Assembly (NCBI RefSeq): GCF_963921235.1 | Contig: NC_086108.1 | Span: 81,470,001 to 81,534,000, forward strand | Direction of reading: 5' to 3' | Source: Mobula hypostoma | Lineage: Eukaryota | Length of the DNA: 64,000 nt | Notes under the pieces: model-generated | What the model saw: the letters and a program-made list of their open reading frames with translations, nothing else | Told to the model about the DNA's origin: nothing | Databases searched by the model: none | Shown: piece after piece, positions 11,134 to 23,764 of the stretch | Layout of the letters: every line of letters begins with the position of its first letter | Numbering within the stretch: the stretch's first letter is position 1 | Made by a program: the position numbers and the translations under genes

Positions 11134-13432
11134 CTACAGCTCAGCCATAGCAGCATTTGATGAAAAGGAGCACAACAATGCAGACTAGGAAGAAATGGAG
11201 CAAGTGACTGAGGCCAAGAGAAAAGCCCAGATGGCCTACAAGCAAAATCCCTGCACCAGCACACATGAAGCCCTCAGGGCTGCTTGAAACAAGGTGCAGC
11301 AAACTGCCCAATGCTATGGAAACAACCGCTGGCTGAATTTGTGCAGCAAAATCCAATCAGCTGCTGATAGCAGGAATACAAGAGGGATGTTTGATGGCAT
11401 CAAGTCAGCAACCCGTCCTTCAGCCACCAAGACAGCCCGACTGAGGTGGAAAAATGGGGTAGTGATCACAGCCCAGAGCAAGCACCTTGAACGTTGGGTA
11501 GAGCACTACCTGGAGCTGTTTGCAACCTGGAACGAGGTGACCAATACTGCCCTGGAGGCACCGCCTGACTAGTCAGTCATGGAAGACCTTGAAACATTGC
11601 CATCTATGGAGGAGCTATCAACTGTCTCGCCAATGGGAAAGCCCCAGGGAAAGATGGAGTCCCCCCTGAAGTCTTGAACAGTGGGAAGCCTGCCTTGCTG
11701 CATCATCTATATGAGCTTCTGTGCCTCTGCTGGGAAAAAGACCACGTCCCCCAAGACAGATGATATGCCAAAATTGTCACACTGCACAAAAACAAGAACA
11801 ACTGTAGTGATTGTAACAAATACCGAGGCATCTCTCTCCTTGATATTGTGGGGAAAGTGTTCGCCCACGTCGTCTTGGCACGACTTCAGAGCCTTGCATC
11901 CAGACTCTACCCAGAGCCCCAGTGCGGTTTCAGAACAGGCAGGTCTACAGTGCACATGATCTTTTCGCTGCACCAGCTGCAGGAGAGGTGATGAAGGCAG
12001 CAGAAGCCTCTGTGCACTGCCTTCATTGATCTGACCAAGGTGTTCAACCTCGTCAGCAGAAGCAGACTCTTCAAACTCCTGCTAAAGATTGTCTGCCCCC
12101 CAAGACTGCACAGCATCATATCATCCTTCTAAACGACGCCCACAGCACTGTCTGCTTCACTGGAGCAACTTCTGATGTCTCTCCAGAGAGCAGCGGAGTG
12201 AAACAAGGTTGTGTCCTGGCACTGACCCTCTTTGGAATCTCCTTCCTCATACTCCTTCCGATCACTTTCACAGTCTGTACCGAAGGCATTTACCTTCACA
12301 CAAGAGCTGATGGCAAGCTATTCAACATGGCTTGCTTGTGCTCCAAGACCAAAGTTAGAACAGCATTCATCGGCGAGTTGCTGTTTGCAGACGATGCAGC
12401 GTTGATGTCAAGCACTGAAGGCGGACTCCAACAACCAACTAACTGCTTCGCCCATGCCTGCAAGGAGTATGTGTTAACCATCAGTCTGAAGAAGACAAAC
12501 GTCATGGCCCAGGGTTCAGAATCGTCCCCAAACATCACCATTGATGGTTGCTGCCTTGATGCCGTCAACTCCTTCAGCTATCCTGAGTCGACCATCACCA
12601 GCTCCCCGTCCCTCGAAGCGGAGGTGAACAGCAGGATGACCCAAGCTGCGGCTGTCATGGCCAGACTGAACGACAGAGTGTGGAACAGCAGGCAGCTGAT
12701 GAAGAAGACCAAGCTGTGAGTCTACCAGGCCCAGCAGGCTCAGCACACTCCTCTTTGCCAGCAAGGCTGCTCTGGGCGCATCTTGCACATCTCCTGCCAG
12801 GGCAGAATCACCAGCACAGAGGTTCCGCAGCAGGCCGACACCGCCAGCACCCACGCATTACTCAGCCACAGATGCCTGAGATGGTTGGGCCGTGTCAAAC
12901 GGACGGACCAGGGACACTTTCCCAAGGACATGCTGCAGGATGAGCTGAGTGAAGGTTACCGCCCACGAGGAAGACCATGCCTCCGCTACAGGGATGTCTG
13001 CAAGTGCGACGTGAAGCTGACGGGCATCGGCCTGAACACATGGGAGGAAACAGTCGAAGACCAGACAGCACGGAGGGTCGCAGTCAAAAGCACGGTACAC
13101 TGTGCTGAGATAGCAGGGACCTACATGCTCATCAACTAGAGAGGCAGAGGAAAAGCCAGAGCTGCATCACCCAGAGCACCTTCCTCCGTCACCTGCAGCC
13201 ACTGTGAACGAGACTGTCACTCTAGAGTGGGGCTCTACAGCCACTGCAGAGAGTGCAAATAGCCCCAAGTCTACAAGACCAAGAACCATCAGAGAAGTGT
13301 CACACCATCAACCCTCGAGACGTACAGATGCCGACAGTGATGGACTTCAGAGGCAGAGTTTCAGAGAACAGCGTGGTAGCAAAATGGGAAAGTAACATCA
13401 GACAACGGCAGATGTCCAGAAAAGAACCTGGT

Positions 13433-13448
13433 GCACCAGGTGGCAGTG
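13433..13448 (+). promoter_or_regulatory. Candidate CTCF-binding motif
   Basis: GCACCAGGTGGCAGTG closely matches the CTCF core consensus CCASYAGRKGGCRS and lies in non-repeat DNA; motif match only. Confidence 0.3.
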
Positions 13449-13914
13449 AAGTTTACCACCACCCCAAATGCTTATCTCTATTTGGGACCTATTGCCAATA
13501 AATGTGTAACATGGGAGATGGATACTTGGCAGAGCTGGGATAATACAACTTCCCATGATATTGGCAGGGGCAAGAGTAAGTTGGAAATAGCATTGCACAG
13601 GTTTGTCATTAGTGTGTCTAGGCACATACAACTACCATCACCAGGTCACCACAGAGTGTTTGTTAAGTGCAGGGGAATTTCATTACATCGTAGACCACCT
13701 GAAGCTGTGGTTCATGCAGCCCTACATCAGAAGACAACTCCAACACTGTTCACAGTTGCACCTTGCTTGTAAGCAGATTCAAGCTATGATTCACCTGGTG
13801 AGATCCCAGCCAAATGCTCAGCTGAAACAACTAAAAGATCTACGATCTGCCCTGGGCTTTTTCAGCTCTTCCTGTGATGATGTAATCACATTAGCTCCTT
13901 GAGGAACAATCATC

Positions 13915-14830
13915 CAAAATATGCATGGATTTAATTTCATTGACTTCAGGAGGAGGAAACCAGAGGTACATGAGTCAGTCCCCACCAAGGAATCAGAAGT
14001 GGAGGGGGTCAGCAACTTTAAATTCCTCAGTGTTATCATTTCATTACAAAGAAAGCACGGCAGCACCTCTACTTCTCTAGAAGTTTGCAAATGTCTAAAA
14101 CTTTGACAAACTTCTACAGATGCATGGTGGAGAGAATAAAGACTGATTGCATCATGGCCTCATATGGAAACACCAATGCCCTTGAATGGAAAGTCCTACA
14201 AAATGACGAAGGGTCTTGGCCCAAAACGTCGACTGTACCTCTTCCTAGAGATGCTGCCTGGCCTGCTGCGTTCACCAGCAACTTTGATGTGTGTTGCCCT
14301 ACAAAACGTAGTGGGTACGGCCCAGACCATCGTGAGTAAAGCACCCCCTACCACTGAGCACAACTACATGGAGAGCTGTCGCAGGGAAGCAGCGTCCATC
14401 ATCAAGGACCCCCACCATCCAGGTCATGCTTTCCTCTTGCCGCTGCCATCAGGAAGAAGGAAGAAAACCCTCAGGACCTACGCCACCGGGTTCAGGAACA
14501 ATTAATACCCCTCAACCATCAGGCTCTTGAACTAGAGGGGATCAATTCACTCAACTTCACTCACCTCTTCACCGAACTGTTCCCACAGCCTATAGACTCA
14601 CTTTCAAGGACTCTTCATCTCACATTCTCAATATTTATTGCTTATTTATTCATTCTTGTTTTTTTCTTTTGTATTTACACAGTTTGTTGTCTTGTGCACA
14701 TTGGTTGTTTGTCCGAACTGTTGGGTGTGACCTTTCATGGATTTATTGAGTATGCCCACAAGGAAACATATCTCAGGGTTGTGCATGATGACATATGTTC
14801 TTTGATAATAAATCTACTTGGAACCTTGAA
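13915..14830 (+). mobile_element. Rex1/Babar LINE 3' fragment
   Basis: IDFRRRK...VEGVSNFKFL, TNFYRCMVE, IIKDPHHPGHAFLLPLPSGRR...TGFRNN; tail ctcagggtt...ttgataataaa...ttgaac. Confidence 0.85.
14204..14297 (+). mobile_element. Solo Penelope-derived hammerhead/tail module inserted in Rex1/Babar
   Basis: TSD CCTACAAAA at 14195-14203 and 14298-14306 flanks tgacgaagggtcttggcccaaaacgtcgactg...gatgctgcctggcc. Confidence 0.85.
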
Positions 14831-14939
14831 CGTCGAGCTGAATAGTTAAAGGGAATTAGCTGTTCCTGAAACAGGTGGTGTGGGACTTCAGGCTTCTGTA
14901 CCTCCTTCCCATTGGTATTTGTGAGAAGATAGCATGGTC

Positions 14940-15250
14940 ATAAGACCACAAGACCATAAGACATAGGAGCAGAATTAGGCCATTCAGCCTATCTAGTCTG
15001 CTCTGCCATTTCATCATGGTTGATCCATTTCCCTCTTAACCCCTTTCTCCTGCGTTCTTCCTCTTATGCCCTAATTAATCAAGAACCTATCAACCTCCAC
15101 CTAATGATCTGGCCTCCACTGCCAGATATGGCAACAAATGCCACCTGACTAAAGAAATTCCTTCTCATCTTCATTCTAAATGGACGTCTCTGTATTCAGA
15201 AGCTGTGCCATCTGCTCCTAGACACCCCACCATGGGAAACATCCTCTCCT
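14940..15250 (-). mobile_element. CR1 3' end
   Basis: Reverse-complement CR1 tail (aagaccataagacataggagcagaattaggcc) plus ORF2 C-terminal remnant. Confidence 0.8.
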
Positions 15251-15399
15251 GGCCTGGAAAGAAGAGGGGCATCTTTAACCTCCTCTCAATTCTCCCATCA
15301 GCCACTTGCATAGGGTAATTTATGATAGCCAGCGGAGCTATGTACCAAGATGATTTGGTTTCTGGTTGGAAGCTGATGGTTCCTAGAGCGACTAGGAAA

Positions 15400-15810
15400 G
15401 CCAACGGATTCACAGGGAGAGCATGCAAACTCCATGCAGACAGCACCTGAAAGTCAGAACTGAAGTGTGAGGGACCAGCACTACCTGTGGCACCATCATG
15501 CTGTCCCTGTCACTAACCTTAGCTTGCCTGTTTCCCGCAACGCTAGAAGTCACCATTTTATTGTTTTTCTTAGATAATTCATTTAGAAATATAGCACAGT
15601 AACCCGGGCCCTTGTGGTCCAACAACCCAGCACCGCCCAAGTGCACACTAGCAACCTATTAACCCATAAGTCTTTGGAATATGAGTGGAAACCAGAGTAC
15701 CTGGAGGAAACCCGTGCGGTCATGAGAGAACATGCAAACTCCTGACAGACAGCTATGGGGATTGAACCCAGGTCTCTGGTGCTGTAGAGCATTACGTTAA
15801 TTGTTATGTT
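15400..15810 (-). mobile_element. Two V-SINE/HE1-like tRNA-SINE remnants
   Basis: gagagcatgcaaactcc and gagaacatgcaaactcc (reverse of the V-domain ggagtttgcatgttctc); gattgaacccagg as reverse B-box. Confidence 0.7.
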
Positions 15811-16599
15811 ATTTGGCAGCTCCAGGGTTGTGAAATGAACATCTACAGTATCTTAATCTTAAATATTTTCAACAAATGTTCTTTAGAGTAGAGCTTTAAT
15901 CCCCACCACCATCAGATTTCTGAACAGTCCATAAATGCTACGTCACTATTTTGTTCCCTTTTTACACTATATATTTATGTATTTTTATATTTCTTATTGT
16001 AACCTACAACAATTTCTAATGTTTTGCACTGTACTACTGCTGTAAAACAATGAATTTCATGAGATACATCAGAGATAATAAATCTGACTCCATCTAATAA
16101 AACATTCCTAAATTGCAATCCATTTATTTATAACAGAGACCATTTCTAAAACACAGGTACAACTCATATAAACTAAAAAGACATACAGATGCAGATGAAC
16201 AAATCATCCATTACAGAAACTGAAACCTGAGGAATGGACTCTCATTCACCACGTGTTTCTTTCATGCTTCTAGATGTTCTGTACCCCATTCCTAGTAAGC
16301 CCGAATTGCTCTCTACATTTATGAAGTTTCTCTTTGCCAATTGGGTGACTTCACATGTATATGATATTTCCTTAGGAATCCTTTTTACACAAATGCTCTG
16401 AGAATTTTTGGACACACAGATGCCAGCTACCTACAATTAATGCTAACTTCTCTTGAGTACGTAAACCTTCTGACTATAAGCACAACAGTAATTTGATATG
16501 CCAAATAGTTGTTTCCATCTGGTCTGCAAGCTTACTTATCTAAGCAACTTAGTCAACTTGTCTTTTTTGAAACAAGTCAAATTAAATAACCTATTGTCA

Positions 16600-17560
16600 T
16601 TGAGTCATAGAACACCACAGCACAGAAGGCGGCCATTTGTCCTATCTAGTCTATGCCAAAGTATTAATCTCTTGAGTCCAATTGACCTGCACCCAGACCA
16701 TAGCCCTCCATATCCCTCCCTTTCATGTACCTATCTAAATATCTCTTAAATGTTGAAATCGAACCCGCATTCACCATTTGTGCTGGCTGCTTGTTCCACA
16801 CTCTCACCACCCTCTGAGTGAAGAAGTTTCCCTCATTTTCCCCTTAAACATTCATCTTTCACCAGTAACCCATATCCACTAGTTCTAGTCTCACCCAACC
16901 CCAGTGGAAAAGGACTGCTTGCATTTACCTTATCTATACCCCTTATAATTTTGTATACCTCTATCAAATCTCCTCTCAATATTCTATGTTCTAGAGAATA
17001 AAGTACTAATCTATTCAACCTTTCCCTATAACTCAGATCCTCAAGTTTCAGCAACATTTTTGTAAATTTTCTCTGTTCTCTTCAATCTTATTTACATCTT
17101 TCCTGTAGATAGGTGACGAAAAGTGCGCACAATATTCCAAATTAGGCTTCACAAAATGTCTTATACAATTTCAACGTAACATCCCAATTCTTGTACTCAA
17201 TACATTGATTTATGAAGGACAATGTGACAAAAGCTTTCTTAATGACCCTATCTTCCTGTGGTGTCACTTTCAATGGATTGTAAATCTGTATTCGCAGATC
17301 CATAATTCTACCACACTCCTCAGTGTCCTACCACTCACCACGTACCCTGGCTGGTCCTCCTAAAGTGCAACACTTCACACTTGTCTGCATTAAATTCCAT
17401 CTGCCATTTTTTAGTCCATTTTTCCAGCTGTTCCAGATCCCGCTGCAAACTTTGATAGTCTTCCTCACTGTGCACTATACCCCCGACCTTGCTGTCATCC
17501 ACATACTTGCGATCCAGTTTACCACATTATCTTTCATATAGATGACAAACAACAACATTG
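16600..17560 (-). mobile_element. CR1 3' fragment
   Basis: Minus ORF LEDLSYRERLNRLVLYSLEHRILRGDLIEVYKIIRG and upstream RT remnants. Confidence 0.85.
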
Positions 17561-18339
17561 TCTTATTCCTCAACTCTTGAGCAGCAAGACAAGATGCTCT
17601 GAGCAAGCAAATCCCTGCTATAAAGAGCTTGTTTGCAAAGCCGTTTTTAACTTCAAACTAATTACTGCCTCACATTTACATTTTAAGTACTGAAGACCAA
17701 CTCCCCTTTATGACCAGATAATAAACAAAGAAATATTAATTGCAAGTTTACTTTCGTCTGTTTATCTTACAAGTGCTGTGGCAGCTGCCGTGTTTAGAAA
17801 GCAAGTTTAGCGAAACATGAGGCCTCTTGGTCCAAAAAAGTGAATATCCATCACACTTCATACTATGTCCAGTGTTCCACCCTCTGTTTCTGCAATGGGA
17901 ATCTTTGAAAACGTGTATATTTAATAAATGCAGTGCATTTGGTGAAAGTGATAATCAGACAGAGGTGTCTCTGGTTTGTATTTGAATATGACTGCTGAAA
18001 ATCCTGTGGGTGAAGATAGGTAGCAATACATTGTCTATAGATGGAACTGGGTTGAACCGAACAAACATGATTATGAGTTGTGATAGGTGTATGAAAAGGA
18101 AATATGATGCTGTTGAATCTAAAATCAGCTTGAGGAGTGATGTGATAGAAAAGCATTCCAGGATAAATTGTGCTGCAGAACATGGGTGAATTTGCCCACC
18201 TTTGCTGAACTGGTAAGGTTATTAATCTGTTTTGCTACATTGGATCTGGTTTCCTGATGTTCTATCTCCATCACAGATCCCTGTCTTTTCCTAGCTGCAG
18301 CACCTGGCTCTCTTTTGCTCTTAACTTAGTTTGACCAGC

Positions 18340-18790
18340 ACATAAGTGCCAGCACAAAGACAGCACAACTACTTTCTTTGAAGTTTGTGTTGATTCAGCA
18401 CGTCACCAAGAACTTTGAGAGACTTCTACAGATGCACAGTGGAGAGTATCCTAGCTGGTTGCATCGCAGCCTGGTGCAGACCCAATGCCCAAGAATGGAA
18501 AGCATTACAATAAGTGGTAGATACAGTGCAGTCCATCACAGGCAAAGCCCACCCCACCTTTGAGCACATGAAGTGCTGTCAGAAGAAAGCAGCATTCATC
18601 ATCAAAGGCCCCCATCATCCAGGCCATAATCTCTTCTCACTGTTGCCATCAGGATGGAGGTACAGGAGCCTTAAGTCACGTACCACCAGGTTCAGGAACA
18701 ATTATTACCCTTCAACCAAAGGGCTCCTGAAGCAGCAGGTCAAACCTTACTCACCTCAACTCTGAAATGATTCTGCGCCTTTTACATGAA
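18340..18790 (+). mobile_element. Rex1/Babar 3' fragment
   Basis: IIKGPHHPGHNLFSLLPSGWRYRSLKSRTTRFRNNYYP. Confidence 0.8.
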
Positions 18791-20991
18791 CCAACATGTT
18801 TAATGTTCCATTATGTCTTTGTTTTTTATGACCAAATGTTGATTGTCCCTTTTCAGACAACTCAATTCGGATTAATGGGCAAAGTACATTGGAATAAATT
18901 TGGTGTTTTGAAATGTAAGGAATACCAGTTGTTCTTAGTTGTGAGTGAGTTTCCAATAAGTATTCAGATTCAAGAGCAGCATATCTGTGCTTTAAATGAA
19001 ATAGACGAGAAGAATTACAATGGAACAGCAATTTTAATAACCGTTTTAAACTGAACAAAGATGGACAAGTGAAAAACTACAACCTGATTTCAGACTTTCT
19101 TCACACATTTATGGTTCCATAGCCCAAAATCTCTCTTGTAAATTACTTATAATTACTTTAAATATTTTTCTTGACTGATCTGGTTTAAATTGAATATTTG
19201 CTGCATCTAGTGCACAGCAGAGATGCTGCGAAATCCTCTCCCAATATAATTTAACTCAAACAAGATCAATTATATTTTAAAAAATCGGTAGAATGCAAGA
19301 AGACAGAAGTTTCACCCACATTATAATTGCAAAAAGTACTTAGTAACAGACCAAGGAGCAGAATTTTTGTGAAGCCCAAATTTTAATGACAGGAAATAAT
19401 GAATTTAAGATTCTCTGCTGCCTGGGTTGCATAACATCATATAAATCAGAACAAGAAATGCTTTCAGTCAATGACCAACTAACAGTCATTGATAACTTCC
19501 TGGAAAACCCTAGCAAATCTTTCGAAATATTTTCACATGGAAAATTTACATTCATTTCATAGGCTGCTCGGCAGTTCTGTCCTTGTGCTTCTGTAGCTAG
19601 TTGGTGGAAATAGTTGCCTACCCAAATTCAGAACAGTGCAAACTGCTGGTATTAATAGAACTCATCCGGTATCATTCACTGCAGTTTAAATGTCACATTG
19701 TGTTTTTCTCCACCCTGCTCCTCGGCTTTTGGGTGTTTTATGGCTTAGCATTTTTGTTCTTCTCCCTGACCTTTAGCAAAGAGGTGGGGGAGATGTTTAG
19801 AGGAGTAAAGGTGATAGTTAATTGCCTTTCACTACACAAGCATTGGCATCCCTTGGCTGCGTGTGTATACATAGTGAAGGCCACATACACACTTCCAAAT
19901 CATCGAACTAGAGTACTCTCTGATTTTTCTGCCACTGAAAAGTTTCTGAGCAAGAACAGGAATGCACGCTGAGGTTCTAGTCTGGGTTTTGGCTTCACTG
20001 TGTTGTGGCGGGCTGCTTTTGGAAGACAAATTCTCTGTCTTCCATAGTATCGGTCATCACTGCTTTCCACCTATCCAGCATCTGAGGTGTCCATTTGATA
20101 CATTTCGTCCACACATTACATTTTATTTCATTGGAAAGAAAAGCAGATGACCTCTCATTATGCATCACATAGGCAACCAGCTATGGAATTCATTTATAGA
20201 ACCTAGTAAAGCTGATAATATAGTCATCAGTAACCTGGTTATTATTTTATACTTGGATAATTCACAAATTCACACAATTGAGTTCTTGTTGAGTGAAAAG
20301 CATTTCCCCATAACCTTAACTATTATAAAGGAAAGACTAGTGTCTGATCAGTACATCTCAGTATGGTTCTTAGGTTTCGGTTCAAATATTGTGGGCAGCT
20401 AATGTCTTGTGTTGAACGTCTCACTAGAACAACACTTCTTCTTTATTTGTGAGTCCTGTTCATTGCCTTTTGCATTTCTTTTTACAAAGTCAGGATATCA
20501 GCACAGCCAGCAGCCACGGAAAGTAACCACTCCTGCAATTCTATTCACTAGCTGTTTGAAAGCACAGAACACATGAACAAGAGTGCATTGTGTGGAGCAC
20601 ACATCTCTTCCTTTGTAGTATGCAGTTATTTGTAGCAATCAAAGAGAACACTCACCCATTAAATCCAATCATAAAAGACAAAAAAAACATGTAATAGGTT
20701 ACTTTTGTTTACTGGAAAGAATTTTGTTAAATTGACTCATTTATGACAGGAAGCTGGAGCATTTCTAATAATGCCTGGGAATTTTATGGGCAGCAGCTGG
20801 AAGGTGGACTTTTGGGAATATTTTGTCTCCTCTATGTCACAGCACTTCATTGAAAGTACTAGTAACCATTTCTGCATTTGTAGAGTTAGTGTTGCTTTCC
20901 AGTCTAATTGAAAATAAAGTTCCCAATTTGTACTGATCAGACAGAACTGATGGCAGAGTATATACCAAGAAATTCAGCCAATTCAGTCAGT

Positions 20992-21179
20992 TGGCTGATG
21001 GTGTAGTGGCATCAGCACCGGACCTCAAGGTGAGAGGTCCCAGGTTCGAATCCAGTGGGTTCCTTGCATGCTTTCCATCTTTGCTGAGTGATGAAGCTAG
21101 CAACTCAGCCTTGTAAAAAAAAACAAGATTTGCCACAATGCTCAATGCCACATGGCATGAGAAGGAATAACAACAAACT
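20992..21179 (+). mobile_element. tRNA-derived SINE
   Basis: Pol III A box TGGTGTAGTGG (20999-21009) and B box GGTTCGAATCC (21043-21053), no acceptor stem, unrelated body, and an aac-rich tail. Confidence 0.75.
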
Positions 21180-21639
21180 TAGTTGTGTGCATTTTCAAGT
21201 ACCAGTAACGGAAGAAGGGTCTAAAGCAAATTTACTTTCTAAAGCAACTGAAGGAAAACGTTAATTGTTGAAATCATTGCCAACATGTTTGCTAAATATT
21301 TTATGCCTTATTTAAGCATATCACAATAACATTAAACAAAGGACATTCTATTGCTAGTGACTGTCAACAGGATTTTCAAAGTGCCAAGATCAGCATTCAC
21401 AGTATAAAGGACATATTTCCATTCAATTCTAAAAATAAATGATTTTGCCAATAATGAGTGCTGCTGTAAAAGATAATGATCCAAAAATGTGATTACCTTA
21501 AAATGCCAACCAAATGTGTAGACTGATTTAAGTAGACTTTCTAATATCCTGACAGGAAGGAAGCTGTATGTGTGACTCCAGACCATAGCAATGTAGTTGG
21601 CTTTTAGTCATCCTCTGAAATTTCCCAGCCACTGACAAC

Positions 21640-22057
21640 AAGAGGACCGCAACCTTGTTGTGGTTTGGAGGCTTGTGTGCCTAAGTGACCCAGAGAGCTG
21701 TGTTGGTTGGAGTCAGGGCTTTATGCTTTGGCTTTTGGTAGAATGACCCATGCCAAACAGGTCAAAGGTAGAGGCCAGACTAAGAGAGGTCCATTGGTCA
21801 GCCAGGTATAGGGGTTCAGCTCAGAGCTAACAACCCTGACTGGTAAAACAAAATTGTTACAGAGAGAGCAATGAAGAATCCTTCTGCAACTGAGTGTGAC
21901 AATATTCCTGGGTCTCCACCCGGGACTTACATGACAGGCAGTAGTGAAAACCGAGAGGAAGCTACTGACACAATGAAGGGAGCCTTGAACACCGCCAGAA
22001 ATGGAGAATCTTCATTGCTGCCCTAAATGCCAGGGGCTTAATGGGCAGTAGGTAAGT
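21640..22057 (+). mobile_element. Non-autonomous RTE-derived element (5' UTR joined to 3' end)
   Basis: 5' part resembles RTE/Expander 5' UTRs (accttgttgtgg...acccatgccaaacaggtcaaagg); 3' part ends ttgctgccctaaat...gggcagtaggtaagt; no ORF. Family assignment from recalled similarity. Confidence 0.6.
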
Positions 22058-22460
22058 TTCAACTTCAAATAATAATAGGCATTAAATGCTGGTTTCACCA
22101 ACAACACCCACATCGTGTGCATGAAGCAAGGACTCAGACCTTTGATAATGTCTCATCAAGTGAGTGAACTCAGCTTCTTTTCATACGTGAACCAGAATTC
22201 CTCGCAGGTCTTCCATGGGATGATAACTCAATGTTTTTATTTAAGCATTTTTTGTCAAAATATTCTCAAAATTAAGTGAAAGCAATTGCAAAACCTATAG
22301 TTCCAAATACAGCACTGAAGGATAGAGATTTTGTAATGAAAACATTGGCATTCCTTGTCCTTTTTGGCCTTGACTATGTAGTTAGATTTCATCCTCATTG
22401 TGAATGTCAATATTCCAGTTTTTGCATCACAGCCTATCCACCAAATATTTTAATTCTGAT

Positions 22461-23200
22461 CAACACACACAGAATGCTGGAAGAACTCAGCAAGCCAGGC
22501 AGCATCTATGGGAAAAAAAATACACGTCCAGTCCTTCCGAAGGGTCTCAGCCCGAAACGTCAACTGTACTTTTTTCCATAGATGCTGCCTAGCCTGCTGA
22601 ATTTCTCCAGCGTTTTGTGTGTGTTGCTTGGATTTCCAGCATCTGCAGATTTTCTCTTGTTTGTAATTTTAATTCTGTTTCCCATTCCTGTTCCAACATG
22701 TTGGTTCATGGCTTCCTCCTCTTGTGCCATGGTGACACCACCCTCAGTGTGAAGGAGCAACACCTCATATTCCATGTAGGTAGCCTCCAAGCTGATGGCA
22801 TGTATATTGATTTCTCCTTCTGGTAAAAAAAAAAGTCCCTGCCCCTCCCTGCTTCTTCTATCCCCATTCTATCCTCTTACTTCTTCTCACCTTGCTATCA
22901 CTTTCCTGTGGGTTCCTTCTTCCTTCCCTTTCCTCCTATGGTCTACACTCTTCTCTTCTCAGATTCCTTTCTCTCCAGCCCTTTACCTTTCCTACTCACC
23001 TGGTTTCACCTATCACCTCTTCCCCTCCCCGCACCTTTTTTATTCTGGCATCTTCCCCATTCCTTTCCAGTCCTGATGAAGGGTCTCCAACTGAAATGTC
23101 AACTGGTTATTCATTTCCATGATGCTGCCTGTCCTGCTGTTCCTCCAGCATTTTGAGTGGATTGCTTTGGAATTTCAGTATCTGCAGAATTTCTCTTGTT
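22461..23200 (+). mobile_element. Penelope-derived element with inverted 5' arm and two hammerhead motifs
   Basis: Arm 22461-22523 is the reverse complement of ~22565-22626; hammerhead-like motifs at ~22529-22566 and ~23068-23106; GIY-YIG C-terminal remnant (EQHLIFHVGSLQADGMYIDFS) lies between them. Confidence 0.85.
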
Positions 23201-23764
23201 TATAATGTGCTATAATCTACAATTTCCTGATTTATGTTCCTTGTCTTGTCTCTATAAAAGATGAATTATTGGCTTTAGAACAACCTCGGGAAAATTGTTA
23301 TCAATGTTTTAGATAAAGGTGTAAAAATATCTTGCTTACTCTTCTGCAATTGTTTTGGTTTTTGCTATGAAGGGAAGCTACTGTGCAATCTATTCAGTTT
23401 GTTGAAAAGTCTCCGTAAAGATTTTTGATTGTCTTTAGAGTTAAACTTTCTGTTACTTTTTCTTCTTTAAGGCCAAGTAATAGTAGGGTTTTTCAGCAGT
23501 TGGATTCCAGCATCTGCTTGTGTCTGAAACAGGAAACATAAAGTTAAAAATATAAATTTGATTTATAGAAACTGAAAACAGATTGAGTATGAAAAAAAAA
23601 GAAATATACATTAAAAGATATTCTTTTTAAATCAGAAACACTAACTTTCTTTGGAAAGAATGAAGTTACAAAGACAAAATTATTTTTTCAGGGCCAAAGA
23701 AGTTATTCATCTGTAAATATCTTATATTATACTAGTAAAAGTAGATTTACATTGGTAAAGTGGG

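Larger units (their letters stand above)
5781..13340 (+). mobile_element. RTE-clade LINE, near full length but degenerate, host of three nested insertions
   Basis: APE motifs LASWKIWTM, DIACLQEIR, STYAPT, LGDFNARV, HNADCDT; RT motifs KQGCVLALTLF, ELLFADDAAL; C-terminal CSHCERDCHSRVGLYSH; possible TSD tggactttaga (5770-5780) / tggacttcaga (13341-13351). The 5' boundary is tentative. Confidence 0.85.

Noticed and set aside
17863..18183. 106-aa minus-strand ORF in unique DNA
   Set aside because: No homology recognised, no clear splice signals, and other frames are similarly open.
20994..21065. tRNA gene
   Set aside because: A and B boxes are present but there is no acceptor stem or terminator; the sequence continues into a SINE body.
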